Positions 1 through 11,251 are shown, counted from the first letter of the stretch. The stretch is DNA of 64,000 bases from an uncultured Planctomycetota bacterium (GCA_963849325.1 CAWKHF010000010.1:96001-160000), one strand, 5' to 3'. The notes: generated from the sequence alone by a model not told the origin. Made by a program: numbers and translations.

Positions 1-1379
1 GTAGAAGTTGGCCGGCCCGACCTCGGCGAGCGGCCCTTCCGCCGTCACGCAGCGCGCGGGCGAACTCGTCGAGCGGTCGTTGGCGGCGAGGCTGTCGCGG
101 ATCCAGCGGTAATAGGCGTAGGCCCGCTTCGTGCCCCAGCGCCGCGCGATCGACGCGCAGCAGGTCCGCCCATTGCAGCGCCCAGAAGTCGGCGAACTCC
201 GGCCGCCGCAGCAATTCCTCGACCAGCCGGGCGCGGCGGTCGGGCCGCTCGTCGGCCAGGAAGCGCCGCGCCTCGGCGGCCGTCGGCAGCGTGCCGATCA
301 CGTCGAGATAGACGCGGCGCAGATACTCGGCGTCGTCGGCCAGTTCCGAGGGCAGGATGTTCAGCTTGCGCAGCTTGCGAAACACCAGGCGATCGATGAA
401 GTTGTTCTCGGGCACGGCCGGATAGTGCTCGATGCGTTCGGCGCGCGGCACGAGGACGCGGAAGGTATCCACGGCGTTCATGAAGCTGGCCATGACGGCC
501 GCCTCGCCGGGCGTCTCGCCGGCCATGACCAGGCCGCTCGGCTGCACCGTGGCCAGGCCGTCGTTGTTCGACTGAAACTTGGCGTGGGCGGTCACGTCGA
601 CCTCGCGGCCGTCGGTGTAGCGGGCGACGACGCGCAGCTGCTGCCGGCCGCGCAGGGCGAGGACGCGCTCGCGCGGCTCGACGCGGATCGACGCCACGAC
701 TCGGATCGTCGCGCGTCGCCGAACGGCAGGCCGGCGGCGATCCAGGCGCGGACGGTCTCGTAGTCGCCGGAGCCGGCCGCGATGCGGGCGCCGCCGCCGT
801 GCGGCATCTGCCCGGTCATCTTGCGCAGCAGCAGGCTCTGCTCCGGCGCGGCCGGGAAGACGCGCCGGCCGCGCGCCTCCTTGGTCAGGGCGGCGTAGTC
901 GGCGGGCGGATCGAAGCCGAAGACCGACAGCTTGAACCCGTTCTGCCCTTCCGCCTTGCCGTGACAGCCGGACGAGTTGCAGCCGAAGCGGCTCAGGATC
1001 GGCACGATGTCGTTCTCGAAGTTGAAACGCCGCGGCTCTGCGCTGCCTTCCACGGTGACGGCGACGTTCAGCGTGCGTCCTTCCGCCTGCACCCGCACGG
1101 CCGTTGTCCCGTCTCCTACTGCCGTGGAGGACACCGGCCGGAGTGACGCGGACGATACGGGGATCGAGCGACTCGAACCGCGCGGCGTGCGTGCGATCGA
1201 CGAGCCGGCCGTTGGCGGTTCGGCCCGGTTATCAGCAGGGAATAGCGGGCCGTGGGGCCGTGCAGGCGGAGGGTAGGGGGATCGGCCGTCACCTCAACGA
1301 AGTCCTCCGCCGCCGCGCCGAAGGTCGGCGCCAGAACGAGCAGACAGAGGGCGGTCAGAGGACGGCCGAGGAATGTCAT
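1..1379 (-). CDS. DUF1549/DUF1553 planctomycete surface protein with Ig-like (Big_2) repeat; runs off the left edge; frameshifted
   Basis: Signal peptide MTFLGRPLTALCLLVLAP; FENDIVPILSRFGCNSSGCHGKAEGQNGFKLSVFGFDP and HGGG motifs; coding frame switches near 1190 and 705. Confidence 0.8.
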
Positions 1380-1573
1380 AACGAAGGGTGCCTCCCAAGA
1401 CATCGAGGCGCATTGGGGTAGGAGCCTAGGCGGGCTGGCAACATCGGCGCGGACGGTGAGCCTAACTCTCTGTTATCAGATTGGAAGAGAGGGGGCAAGA
1501 AAGAATAACGCGGATGCGCAGTGAAAGGGGGAGGACGCTCTTGTCATCACGATTGCAGGAGGGGCACGAGCAC

Positions 1574-2272
1574 TCAGGACTGCGTCAGTTGGGCCGAGCG
1601 TGCCCGAGCCGCCTGAGCGATCAACTCGGCGCACACGTCCTCGCCCAGCAGACTCGAATTGAGCACCACGTCATACTGATGCACGTCGCCGGGATCGCGG
1701 TGGAAGTTGTTGGCGACGAACTCGCGGCGGCGCTCGTCGCGCAGGCGGACGCGCTCGGTCGCCTCCTCGACGGTCAGGCGCAGCCACTGGCCCATGTAGG
1801 CGATGCGCTCGTGCAGCGGAGCCACGATGCGGACGTTCAGCGTCGTCTCGCGCGGCAGGATGCAGCCGGCGCCGCGGCCGATCAGCACCGCTTGCCCCTG
1901 CGCCCCCAGCGCCAGCACCACGCGGGCCAGGTTGACGATGGACGGATGCTCGCTGAGGCTGCCTTCGCGGAGCAACTGCTGCAAGCGTGCCTCGGCCCAG
2001 TCGGCGGGCGCCGCCGGCGGGACGTCGAGAACGCCCTGGCTGACGATCGCTTCCTGGGCCATGTATTCGAGCAGTTCCTGATCGTAGACCTGCCAGCCGA
2101 GCTTGCGGCCGACGCGGCGGGCGATGGTGCCGCCGCGCGCACCGGCCTCGCGGCTGAAGGCGATGGTCAGAGCGGACGGTCCCGAGCGCGGCGGCGGCGG
2201 CGCGCCGCGGTCGCCCTGGAAGCCGTGACGCGGCGATTCACGCGGCTCGTCGGCGGAGGAAGGCTGGTGCAT
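1574..2272 (-). CDS. cytidylate kinase-like family protein
   Basis: TIAFSREAGARGGTIARRVGRKLGWQVYDQELL, VLIGRGA and YDVVLNS motifs. Confidence 0.8.
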   Translation of the reverse strand: MHQPSSADEPRESPRHGFQGDRGAPPPPRSGPSALTIAFSREAGARGGTIARRVGRKLGWQVYDQELLEYMAQEAIVSQGVLDVPPAAPADWAEARLQQLLREGSLSEHPSIVNLARVVLALGAQGQAVLIGRGAGCILPRETTLNVRIVAPLHERIAYMGQWLRLTVEEATERVRLRDERRREFVANNFHRDPGDVHQYDVVLNSSLLGEDVCAELIAQAARARSAQLTQS

Positions 2273-2313
2273 GACGTCACCTCGATTCACGCCAGGCCGC
2301 AAGCGGCCCAACG

Positions 2314-3307
2314 TCAGACGATTTCCTGATACTGCGACCGCGAGAACACGACCATGCCCAGGCCGAGCAGCGCGACCGTCAGTCCGAGCAGCACGACCAG
2401 GGCCGTCGATGCCGTCCACCGGCAGGAAGATGTCGGGCCGCTCCGGCTGGACGCCGTAGTCGCTGGGCCGCCTCGAACATCATACAGCGCGTGTAGAAGC
2501 CGATGCTGATGCGTTTCAGATAGCCCGGCATGTTGCCGAAGATCACTTCCAGGAAGAACGCGTAGACGATGGCGACCACGGCCGGCCGGCGGAAGAAGGC
2601 GCCCATGAGGTAGAACAGGGCCGAGAACGCCAGCGTCGCCCACAGCACGGCCGGCCAGTACAGCCGGAAGGCCATCGCTCCCGGCTGGCCGGCCGCCAGG
2701 CACAGCAGGCCGAAGCCGCCGAGGTTCAGGCCGAGGCTCCACGGCAGCAGGGCGACGAACTTGGCCAGGTAGATCGCCGGCCGCGGCAGCGGCCGGGTCA
2801 GCAGCCAGATCAGGCTGTTGCTCTCGCGCTCGCCGCCCAGGGCCTCGGTGGCGAAGCTCAGGCTCCACAGCGGCAGCAGGAAGGTCAGGAAGATCGAGAA
2901 CACGATCCAGCGCGAAAAGACCAGGAAGCCCGACTGATCGACGATGCCGCGCACGGCCGCCGCCAGGCTCGCCGAGCACGGCCTGGCCACCCGCCGACGG
3001 ATCGAGCGCGCCCAGTGAGCACTTGAATCTCGTCGGCCCATTGCAGGAAGGTCGGCCCACGGCGGTACGGCCAGCGCCAGTGTCTCATGCTCCAGGTGCC
3101 CGCCGCCGTCAGGATCGCCACCAGCAGCACCGCGAACACCAGCAGCCCCAGGGCGATCCACACCATCTGCCGCGCTCGCGCCTGCCGCTGCCAGCTCAGC
3201 CAGACGAGGTAGCACCAGGCCCTGGCGGATGACAAGGTGACAAGGTGACTTGAACCTACGCTCTGCGAAGGCGTCATCTCCCCCACTGCTTTTTGCCGGG
3301 TTTCCAT
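2314..3307 (-). CDS. ABC-2 transporter permease (frameshifted)
   Basis: Hydrophobic segments and ERESNSLIWLLTRPLPRPAIYLAKF motif, spread over three frames. Confidence 0.75.
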
Positions 3308-3331
3308 ACTTCTTTCACCTTGTCCTCTTCA
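3228..3331. repeat. 8-bp-periodic imperfect inverted repeat (GACAAGGT units) enclosing the permease start codon
   Basis: GATGACAAGGTGACAAGGTGAC at ~3228-3249 and TCACCTTGTCCTC at ~3315-3327. Confidence 0.55.
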
Positions 3332-4385
3332 CGCGGAGCGGCCGCGCAGCAGGTAGCCGAGCACCGCCTGGGCGGAGTCGTCGAGCGTTTCCAGGCGGCT
3401 GATTTCGTACCACTCTTCGAGGACCAGGCGCGTCAACTCCTGGAAGAATTGCTGCGGGATTGCGGGCGCGCACCAGCACCGGACTGACGCCGTCGTCCGG
3501 GCGGCTGTCCAGCAACTCGACGCCGACCACGTCGCGCAGCTTCAACAGCGCCGCGGCCAGACGACGCTGCTCGGCCCCGTCGGCCGAGTCACCTTCGCGG
3601 TCGCGCGGCGAACCTTCTTGACATCGATGCGGACCAGTAGCGGATGATTGTCGAGGCGGTCGCGGATCTGGGCCACCGAGCCGACGGCGGCGATGCGGCC
3701 GTGGGCCATGATGGCGACGTGGTCGGTCAGCTTCTCCAGCTCTTCCAGTTCGTGGCTGGAGACGAGCAGGCACTTGCCCTGCTCGGCCAGGTCGCGGAAC
3801 AGACGGATGAACTCCCAGCGGCCGACCGGGTCGATGCCGCTGAGCGGTTCGTCGAGCACGAGCAGCTCGGGATCGTGCAGCAGCGCCTGGGCCAGCTTGA
3901 CGCGCTGCCGCATGCCCTTGGAGTAGCCGCGCACGCGGCGCTCGGCGCGGTCCGGCCATGCCGACGCGCTCCAGGGCGGCCTCGGTGCGTCGCCGTGCCT
4001 CGCGGCGCGGATAGCCGCACAGCCGGGCCATCGCCTCGACGAACTGCCGGCCGGACATCTCCTCGTAGAAGGCGTCCACCTCGGGGCAGTAGCCGACGTG
4101 CCGCTTGGCGGCCGTGCTCCAGGCGTCGTGGCCCAGCACCTCGACGCGGCCGAGGTCGGGCCGCAGCTGCCCGGTGATGAGGCGCATCAGCGTACTCTTG
4201 CCGGCGCCGTTGGAGCCGACCAGGCCGGTGATGCCGGAGCGCAGCTCCAGCGTCACCTGATTGACGCCGATGACCGGGCCGTACCACTTGGAGACGCGCT
4301 GGCACAGCAGCCGAGGGACTTCGGAAGAAGTGTCGAGGGGCGAGGGGCGAGGGGCAAGGGAAGACGCTTCTTCTTCCTGCGCCAC
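3329..4385 (-). CDS. ABC transporter ATP-binding protein (frameshifted)
   Basis: Walker A GSNGAGKST; signature YSKGMRQR; Walker B LLVLDEP; SSH loop; frame switches near 3955 and 3600-3450; GTG start inferred. Confidence 0.8.
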
Positions 4386-4408
4386 TCGCCATTCGACACT
4401 CGCCCCTA
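4333..4408. repeat. 7-bp-periodic inverted repeat at the permease/ATPase junction
   Basis: CGAGGGG CGAGGGG CGAGGGG ... CGCCACT CGCCATT CGACACT CGCCCCT. Confidence 0.7.
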
Positions 4409-5363
4409 CTTCACGATCTCCACGGCCCGGATCCGCAGAATCAAGTAGGTCAGGCATAGCAGGCTCACTCCTCCCAGGACCAGGGCCGCCTCGTACCAGG
4501 GCGGCTGATGCGAGGGTCGAATCGTCCGCGGCGTCCATCCCCAGGCAGGCGCTGCCGATCAGATAGGTGCTGTTCCACAGGTCGATCAGCCGCCAGCGCG
4601 GGCTGAAACGCAGACCGTCCACCAGGGCCGACGACAGCAGCCGGCAGAAGAAGAACAGCGTCGTCCACGTCATGATGAGCGGCACCGTCCGCCGCAGCCA
4701 GGTCGCCGTCGCCAGCAGCAGCAGCGTCAGGGTGACGGTCAACACCAGGCCGTAGCCGAGGATGCCCAGCAGCAGGTCGAAACGCTCGTAGAAGTAATCC
4801 CACGATTCGAGCATGCCGCACTGCACGAACAGGATGACGGCCGGCAGCGTCGTCATCAGGTTGATGAACACGGCCACGGCCAGCCCCTTGCCGAGCAGGT
4901 AGTGCCAGCGCGACAGCGGCTTGGACAGGTAAAACGGCAGGCTGCCGAAGCGCAGGTCGTTGCCGATGAGGATCGAGCCGGCCAGGGCCAGGACGATCAT
5001 GACGATGTAGCCCTGGTAGGCGAAGAAGTTGCGGTACGTCTCGGCGCCGCCGTCGAGCTTGAGGAAGACGCGGAAGAGCTGGATGAGATGGCGCGGGTTC
5101 ATGCGGCCCAGGCCGCCGACCTGCACGTCGGACTCGCCGACCTGCGTCTGCGCCCACGCCAGGAGGTACTGGCCGAAGAAGAACAGCAGGAAGATGAGCA
5201 GGCCGAGGACGTAGATGACCCAGAACAGCCAGCGGCGGAAGATGCTGACCAGCGCCACGCGCGCGATCGGCCAGACGCTGGCGGCCGGACGGCGGAAGTC
5301 GCCGCGCCAGGGACGATAGTGCAGCAACTCAGGCGACGCAGCCTGATTCGGACTATCGCCCAT
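4406..5363 (-). CDS. ABC-2 transporter permease (frameshift ~4525)
   Basis: Multiple TM segments; GNDLRFGSLPFYLSKPLSRWHYLLGK; C-terminus RIRAVEIVK* in the shifted frame. Confidence 0.8.
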
Positions 5364-5386
5364 GACACGCCCTTCCTCAAAGAAGT

Positions 5387-5510
5387 AAAACCACGAATCA
5401 CACGAATAACACGAATAAAAGACAACACAATCAGGAAAAGATGTTTGCCTATCTCCCTTTGACTTCGCTCCGTTTGTTTTTATTCGTGTAATTCGTGTGA
5501 TTCGTGGTTT
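5387..5510. repeat. 9-bp-periodic AT-rich inverted repeat
   Basis: AAAACCACGAATCACACGAATAACACGAATAAAA ... TTTTATTCGTGTAATTCGTGTGATTCGTGGTTTT. Confidence 0.85.
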
Positions 5511-6458
5511 TTATCCTTCATCCTTCAAAACGCGATGGAACAGTTCTTCGAGATCCTCGTCGTCCGGCTGCAGGCCGCGCAGCAGGACGTGGTGATTGTC
5601 GGCCAGGGTGAAGAAGGCCCGCGTCACCCAGCCCGGCGGCACGGCCACGCGCAACTCGCCCCGTCCATTGTCGTGAAGGATCTGCACGCCTTCAAGGCGT
5701 AACTCTTCGCGGAAGGTCGCGGCATCGCCCTGAATTTGCAGGCGGTAACGATCTTGACGGCGGCGGCACAGCTCGACGACGCCGCCTTGAAGGAGCAGCC
5801 GGCCCTGGTGCAGAATCAGCACCGTATCGCAGACGCGCTCGACGTCGCCCAGCAGGTGCGTGGACAGCAGGATCGACTTGCCGTGCTCGCGGCCCAGCGT
5901 CAGCAGCAGACGCAGCATGGCATCGCGGCCGGCGGGGTCGAGGCCGCTGGTCGGCTCGTCGAGCAGCAGCACCGGCGGATCGTGGACCAGCGCCTGCGCC
6001 AGCTTGAGACGCTGCTTCATGCCGGTGGAGTATTCCTCCAGCCGGCGATAGCGGGCGTCTTCCAGTTCGAGATAGGTGAGCACTTCGTGAGCGCGGCGCT
6101 GGGCCTCGCGGCGCGGCATGCCGTACAGTTCGCCGGCCAGGGCGACGTATTCGGCCCCGCGCAGGCCGGGGACGAGGGCGTCGGCCTCCGGCATGTAGCC
6201 GATGGCCCGCCGCAGCGAGGCGCCGTCCTGTCCGATGACGTGGCCCAGGACGCGGCCGCCGCCGGAGGAAGGCGGCAGCAGGCCGAGCAGGATCTTGAGC
6301 AGCGTCGATTTGCCGGCCCCGTTGGGTCCGAGCAGACCGACCCGGCCGGGAGCCAGCCGGAAGCTCACGTCGTCGAGCGCCCGGAAGGTGCCGTACCAGC
6401 GGGACAGGTTGCACAGGTCGATCATCGCCTCGTTTGCGTCCGCCGTGATCGGCCCCAT
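5511..6458 (-). CDS. ABC transporter ATP-binding protein
   Basis: GPNGAGKST, YSTGMKQR, LLLDEPT and STH motifs; intact. Confidence 0.9.
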   Translation of the reverse strand: MGPITADANEAMIDLCNLSRWYGTFRALDDVSFRLAPGRVGLLGPNGAGKSTLLKILLGLLPPSSGGGRVLGHVIGQDGASLRRAIGYMPEADALVPGLRGAEYVALAGELYGMPRREAQRRAHEVLTYLELEDARYRRLEEYSTGMKQRLKLAQALVHDPPVLLLDEPTSGLDPAGRDAMLRLLLTLGREHGKSILLSTHLLGDVERVCDTVLILHQGRLLLQGGVVELCRRRQDRYRLQIQGDAATFREELRLEGVQILHDNGRGELRVAVPPGWVTRAFFTLADNHHVLLRGLQPDDEDLEELFHRVLKDEG

Positions 6459-6722
6459 GACGTCTCCCCGCATTCCGCCCGGGTTTCCGGCGCCTCCGCG
6501 CCCCCGAGTCTGGTTATTGTAGCAAAGAGGGCAAGACACGCTCCCTCTCACCACCGTCTGAGAGAGGTGCCCCGCTCGATTTTGGCTACGAAAGGAGCAA
6601 GCGGCCCCTCGATTCGTATTGCTCGGCACTCTTATTTCCGATAAGGAGTTGTCTCGCGGCTGCGGCGTTCGCGCAGCCGTTCGTCTCGCCCACTCGGTTC
6701 CCGCGCCCGAAAGGAAGGAACC

Positions 6723-7490
6723 ATGCCCGCGGACCTGTTTTTGAGTCTTATCCTTCCGGCCTACAACGAGGTCCGGAGCATCCGTAAGACCCTGACGCTG
6801 GTTCAGAACTACCTGGACCGGCAGCCGTTCGCGTACGAGATCATCGTGGCGGCCGACGGGGACGATGGCACGCGCGAGGCCATCGCCGAGTGGTCGCGGC
6901 GCGATCCGCGTGTGAGTGTCCTGGGTAGCGTCGAACGGCATGGGAAGGGACGCGGCATCCGTCAGGGAGTGGCACGAGCGAGCGGCCAAATCATTGGCTT
7001 TTGCGATGCCGACTACAAGACCCCAATCGAGGAGCTGGATAAACTTCTGCCCTGGTTCCGCGAGGGTTACGATATCGTTATCGGATCGCGCTGCATGGCG
7101 GATTCGCGTATCGAGGTGCCACAACCGCTGTATCGGCAGCTCGGCTCGCGCGCCTTCTCTCTCTCCATGCACCTTCTATTGGGTTTGTGGCACATTCACG
7201 ACACACAATGCGGCTTCAAGTTTTTCCGGTCGCCGATCGCCCACGATCTGTTTGGCCGTCAGCGCATCGACGGCTACATGTTCGATGTGGAAATCTTGCA
7301 TTTGGCGGAGCGGAGCGGCTACCACATCAAGGAGGTCGGCGTCCGCTGGCGCGACGATGGCGACAGTCGCCTTCAGCTCGTCGCCGGGAACTGGCGCAAC
7401 ATGCTGGACATACTCCGCATCCGTTTCGGCCGCCCACCGCGCTCCGCCGTGCCATTGGCCGAGAAGGCGAGCGAGCGTCAAGCGGCGTGA
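6723..7490 (+). CDS. GT2 glycosyltransferase (dolichyl-phosphate beta-glucosyltransferase-like)
   Basis: LSLILPAYNE, GKGRGIRQG, FCDAD, DTQCGFKFF and FDVEIL motifs. Confidence 0.9.
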   Translation: MPADLFLSLILPAYNEVRSIRKTLTLVQNYLDRQPFAYEIIVAADGDDGTREAIAEWSRRDPRVSVLGSVERHGKGRGIRQGVARASGQIIGFCDADYKTPIEELDKLLPWFREGYDIVIGSRCMADSRIEVPQPLYRQLGSRAFSLSMHLLLGLWHIHDTQCGFKFFRSPIAHDLFGRQRIDGYMFDVEILHLAERSGYHIKEVGVRWRDDGDSRLQLVAGNWRNMLDILRIRFGRPPRSAVPLAEKASERQAA

Positions 7491-7570
7491 ACGATGCATC
7501 TTCGGCGCCTGGCTTGCCTGAGCAGTTCCAAGGTGCGTATTTTGACACCCTTTTTCTAAGGGAAAGAGGA

Positions 7571-8314
7571 ATGGCAGAGACTACCCTTACCAACCCTTAT
7601 CAATACGCGGACTTGCTTGTCCGCTCGCGCGACCAATATGCCAATACCAAGTACGAGATCCTCCAGGAGTACCTTGGCGATCAGAGGGAACTCTCCATCC
7701 TTAACGCCGGCTGTGGCTCCGGCGAGCTGTCGCTGCAGCTCGCGGCCGCCGGCCATCGCGTTCTGGGCATCGACCCCGCGCCCGAGTACATTGACCTGGC
7801 GCACACCAACGCCGAACACGCCGGCTTGACCAATTGCTCGTTCCTCGTCTCGTCTATCGAAGATCTCTCGACCAACGAGACGTTCGATTGTGTCGCGGCC
7901 ACCGATGTGCTCGAACACATTGCCGATGACAGTGTGGCCTTCGAGAAACTGGTTGCGTTGGTTAAACCGGATGGTTTTCTTCTTATCACGGTCCCAGCCG
8001 GTCCGTGGCTCTTTGGGTATCACGATGAAGAGTTAGGGCATTATCGCCGATATTCGTGGTCCGCTCTTCGCCGTCTGGTGTCTTCCTCTTGCCGTATTGA
8101 CGCGCTCCGCTATTTCGGTATGAGTCTGATTCCCGTCTGTTACCTGTACAGCAAGTGGCTGCGCAAACCGTACCCGGTTGGAGCGTCGGGCGACACGGAG
8201 GGCAACCCGATCGTGGCCCGAGCGTTGCGTTTGCTGTTGCGTCTGGATCGACTTCTGCCCATGCCCTTCGGAACGAGCTTGATCCTCAAGGCGGTCCCGC
8301 GGCGAGCCGCCTGA
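7571..8314 (+). CDS. class I SAM-dependent methyltransferase
   Basis: ILNAGCGSG, DVLEHIADD, TVPAGPWLFGYHDEELGHYRRY. Confidence 0.85.
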   Translation: MAETTLTNPYQYADLLVRSRDQYANTKYEILQEYLGDQRELSILNAGCGSGELSLQLAAAGHRVLGIDPAPEYIDLAHTNAEHAGLTNCSFLVSSIEDLSTNETFDCVAATDVLEHIADDSVAFEKLVALVKPDGFLLITVPAGPWLFGYHDEELGHYRRYSWSALRRLVSSSCRIDALRYFGMSLIPVCYLYSKWLRKPYPVGASGDTEGNPIVARALRLLLRLDRLLPMPFGTSLILKAVPRRAA

Positions 8315-8355
8315 CTTCGCTTGGCGCCTCGGTTCACGGAGAGGGAGATCCGTCC

Positions 8356-9321
8356 ATGAAAATGTTTGTCACCGGCGGCGCCGGGTTCATCGGCAGCAAT
8401 CTCGCCGACCGTCTGCTGGCGGACGGCCACGCCGTGACGGTTTACGATAATTTTTCGACCGGGCAGCGGGCCTTCCTCGCCTCGGCAACTTTGTCTCCTC
8501 GCTTCGCTCTGGTGGAGGGCGACTTGCTTTGTCTGCCCGATTTGAAACGGGCGATGGACGGACACGATTTCGTATTTCATCTGGCGGCCAACGCCAACGT
8601 CCGCTTCGGCACGCACCATCCGAGCAAGGACCTGGAGCAAAATACGCTCGCCACCTTCCACGTCCTGGAAGCGATGCGTGACAACGGTATCCGCCGCCTG
8701 GCCTTTTCCTCCACCGGCTCGATTTATGGCGAGCCGCAAGTCTTCCCAACTCCCGAGGACGCCCCCTTCCCGATCCAGACCAGTCTTTACGGGGCCTCCA
8801 AGCTGGCCGGCGAGGGGCTGATCGCCGCCTACAGTACGGGCTTCGACTTCCAGGTCTACATCTTTCGTTTTGTTTCCATCCTGGGCGAGCGTTACACACA
8901 CGGACACGTCTTCGATTTCTATCGCAAATTGCGGGACAATCCGCATCAGATCGAAGTGCTCGGCAACGGTCAGCAGCGGAAGTCTTATCTATATGTCCAG
9001 GACTGCATCGACGCCATGCTCCGGGTGATCGAGAAGGCGGATGCACCAATCAACATCTATAACCTGGGTACGGAGGAGTATTGCAAGGTCGATGACTCGC
9101 TCGGCTGGATCTGCGCTCATCTGGACCTGAACCCGCGTCGCTGTTATAGCGGAGGCGAGCGCGGCTGGATTGGAGACAACCCTTTCATCTTCCTCGATAC
9201 GGCCAAAGTCCGCTCGCTCGGTTGGCGGCCGAAACTGACCATCCGCGAGGCGGTGCTGCGCACTCTGCACTACCTGCAAGCCAACTCGTGGGTGCTTGAG
9301 CCGAGCCGCGACGCGGCCTGA
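8356..9321 (+). CDS. NAD-dependent nucleotide-sugar epimerase/dehydratase
   Basis: VTGGAGFIGS, SSTGSIYG, YGASK (extended SDR). Confidence 0.9.
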   Translation: MKMFVTGGAGFIGSNLADRLLADGHAVTVYDNFSTGQRAFLASATLSPRFALVEGDLLCLPDLKRAMDGHDFVFHLAANANVRFGTHHPSKDLEQNTLATFHVLEAMRDNGIRRLAFSSTGSIYGEPQVFPTPEDAPFPIQTSLYGASKLAGEGLIAAYSTGFDFQVYIFRFVSILGERYTHGHVFDFYRKLRDNPHQIEVLGNGQQRKSYLYVQDCIDAMLRVIEKADAPINIYNLGTEEYCKVDDSLGWICAHLDLNPRRCYSGGERGWIGDNPFIFLDTAKVRSLGWRPKLTIREAVLRTLHYLQANSWVLEPSRDAA

Positions 9322-9377
9322 TTCTCCATCACCGAGGAGTCGGCCCCTCGCGTTCTCGACACGGGAGAATTGACGCG

Positions 9378-10247
9378 ATGCCTTTGACGAACCGTTCGGC
9401 CATCATCACGGGGGCCAATCAAGGTCTCGGTCAAGTGATCGCCCGACATTTCGTGACAGCGGGAGCCAGCGTCCTGCTTTTGGCGCGGGGCCGGGACCGC
9501 TTGCGCGAAGTGGAAGCCGAGTTGCGAGGACGGACCCGACCCGGTCAGATCGTTGCCGGTTGGCCGTGTGACGTCTCGCGCCCCGAACAATGCCTGGCCG
9601 CAGTCTCCCACGCGGAAAAGATCCTGCCTAACCTGGCCGTCCTCGTCAACAACGCCGGCGTCCTTGGCCCGACTGGGCCTGTCGAGGACGTGGATTGGGA
9701 CGACTGGGTACAGACCCTCCAGATCAATCTCTTCGGCACGGTGTTCCTGTGCCGGGCGGTGCTGCCGCTGTTGCGAGCGAAAGGTTTCGGCAAAATCATC
9801 AACCTTTCCGGCGGCGGCGCCACGGCGCCGATGCCGCGGATGAGCGCCTACGCCGCTTCCAAGGCGGCCATCGTCCGTTTCACCGAAACGCTGGCCGAAG
9901 AGACGCGCGACTGTCACATCGATGTCAACGCCATCGCGCCCGGCGCCTTGAACACCCGGTTACTCGATCAAGTCCTGGAGGCTGGGCCGGAACGGGTCGG
10001 GCAAGGTTACTACGAACGTGCCCGCAAGCAGCGCGACGAGGGCGGCGCCTCGCCGGAGAAAGCGGCGGCCCTGGCCGTTTTTCTGGCCTCGGCGGCCAGC
10101 GACGGCATCACCGGCCGGCTCCTCAGCGCCGTCTGGGACAACTGGGCCGATTTGCCCGCGCGCCAGCAGGAATTGGCGCGGAGCGACATCTACACGCTGC
10201 GGCGGATTATCCCCGAAGATCGAGGACAAAAATGGCACTGCGCGTAG
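9378..10247 (+). CDS. SDR family oxidoreductase
   Basis: ITGANQGLG, NNAG, YAASK. Confidence 0.9.
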   Translation: MPLTNRSAIITGANQGLGQVIARHFVTAGASVLLLARGRDRLREVEAELRGRTRPGQIVAGWPCDVSRPEQCLAAVSHAEKILPNLAVLVNNAGVLGPTGPVEDVDWDDWVQTLQINLFGTVFLCRAVLPLLRAKGFGKIINLSGGGATAPMPRMSAYAASKAAIVRFTETLAEETRDCHIDVNAIAPGALNTRLLDQVLEAGPERVGQGYYERARKQRDEGGASPEKAAALAVFLASAASDGITGRLLSAVWDNWADLPARQQELARSDIYTLRRIIPEDRGQKWHCA

Positions 10248-11251
10248 CGATCATCGGTTGCGGACTCATCGGCCAGAAGCGGGCCAAGGCCCTCGGCTCG
10301 GACGTCAAGCTGACGGCGGTGGCCGACACCAACCACCAGCGGGCGCAGCAGTTGGCCGCCCAGTATTCCGGCTGCGAGGTCGAGCCGGACTGGCAATCCT
10401 GCGTGGCGCGGCGAGACGTGGAGGTCGTCATTGTCTCGACCGTCAATGCCGCCCTCGCTCCGGTCACGCTGGCCGCGGTTCAGCAGGGCAAGCACGTCCT
10501 CGTCGAAAAGCCGGCGGGACGCCGCGCCGACGAGCTGCAACCCGCCGTAAAGGCGGCCCGCGAAACCGGCGTTTTCGTCAAGGTCGGCTTCAATCACCGC
10601 TTTCATCCGGCCTTTCAGAAGGCCCGAAGTCTATGTGATGCCGGCGAGCTGGGGTCTCTTCTCTACGTTCGCGCCCGCTATGGCCACGGTGGACGCATCG
10701 GCTATGACCGCGAGTGGCGCACCGATCCCGCTGTCTCCGGCGGCGGTGAGCTGCTCGACCAGGGTGTCCACCTTATCGACCTGTCGCGCTGGTTTCTCGG
10801 CGATTTCGACGATGTTCAGGGACACATCGACACCTATTTCTGGAAGATGCCGGTCGAGGACAATGGCTTCCTGGCCCTGCGGACGGCGGAAGGACAGATG
10901 GCATGGCTGCACGCCAGCTGTACGGAATGGAAGAACCTTTTTTCGTTCGAGATCTTCGGCCGCGACGGCAAATTGCAGATTGATGGCCTGGGCGGGAGCT
11001 ATGGCACCGAGCGTCTGTCCTTCTACCGGATGCTGCCGCAGATGGGGCCGCCGGAGACGACCATCTGGGAGTATCCCGGCGAAGACCAGTCCTGGCGCGA
11101 CGAGTTCCGCCATTTCCGCGACTGCATTGCCACCGGCCGGCAGCCGCTTGGCACGCTCGACGATGCCGTCGCGGCCCTGACCATTATCGAGCGTGTGTAC
11201 GGCCAAGCCGAAAGACAGCGACAAATGGCCCCGCTGGCGGACGCCGGCTGA
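10232..11251 (+). CDS. Gfo/Idh/MocA oxidoreductase
   Basis: VAIIGCGLIG, HVLVEKP, GFNHRF, GGGELLDQGVHLID. Confidence 0.9.
   Translation: MALRVAIIGCGLIGQKRAKALGSDVKLTAVADTNHQRAQQLAAQYSGCEVEPDWQSCVARRDVEVVIVSTVNAALAPVTLAAVQQGKHVLVEKPAGRRADELQPAVKAARETGVFVKVGFNHRFHPAFQKARSLCDAGELGSLLYVRARYGHGGRIGYDREWRTDPAVSGGGELLDQGVHLIDLSRWFLGDFDDVQGHIDTYFWKMPVEDNGFLALRTAEGQMAWLHASCTEWKNLFSFEIFGRDGKLQIDGLGGSYGTERLSFYRMLPQMGPPETTIWEYPGEDQSWRDEFRHFRDCIATGRQPLGTLDDAVAALTIIERVYGQAERQRQMAPLADAG

Noticed and set aside
5387-5510. Possible CRISPR array (also considered at 12299, 35960, 50554 and 51587)
   Set aside because: Short tandem units in inverted arms with no unique spacers; no cas genes.
5511-7172. Long antisense or 5'-extended ORFs in the track (e.g. 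553 aa here, 41182-42609, 48258-49829)
   Set aside because: High-GC shadow frames overlapping well-supported genes.
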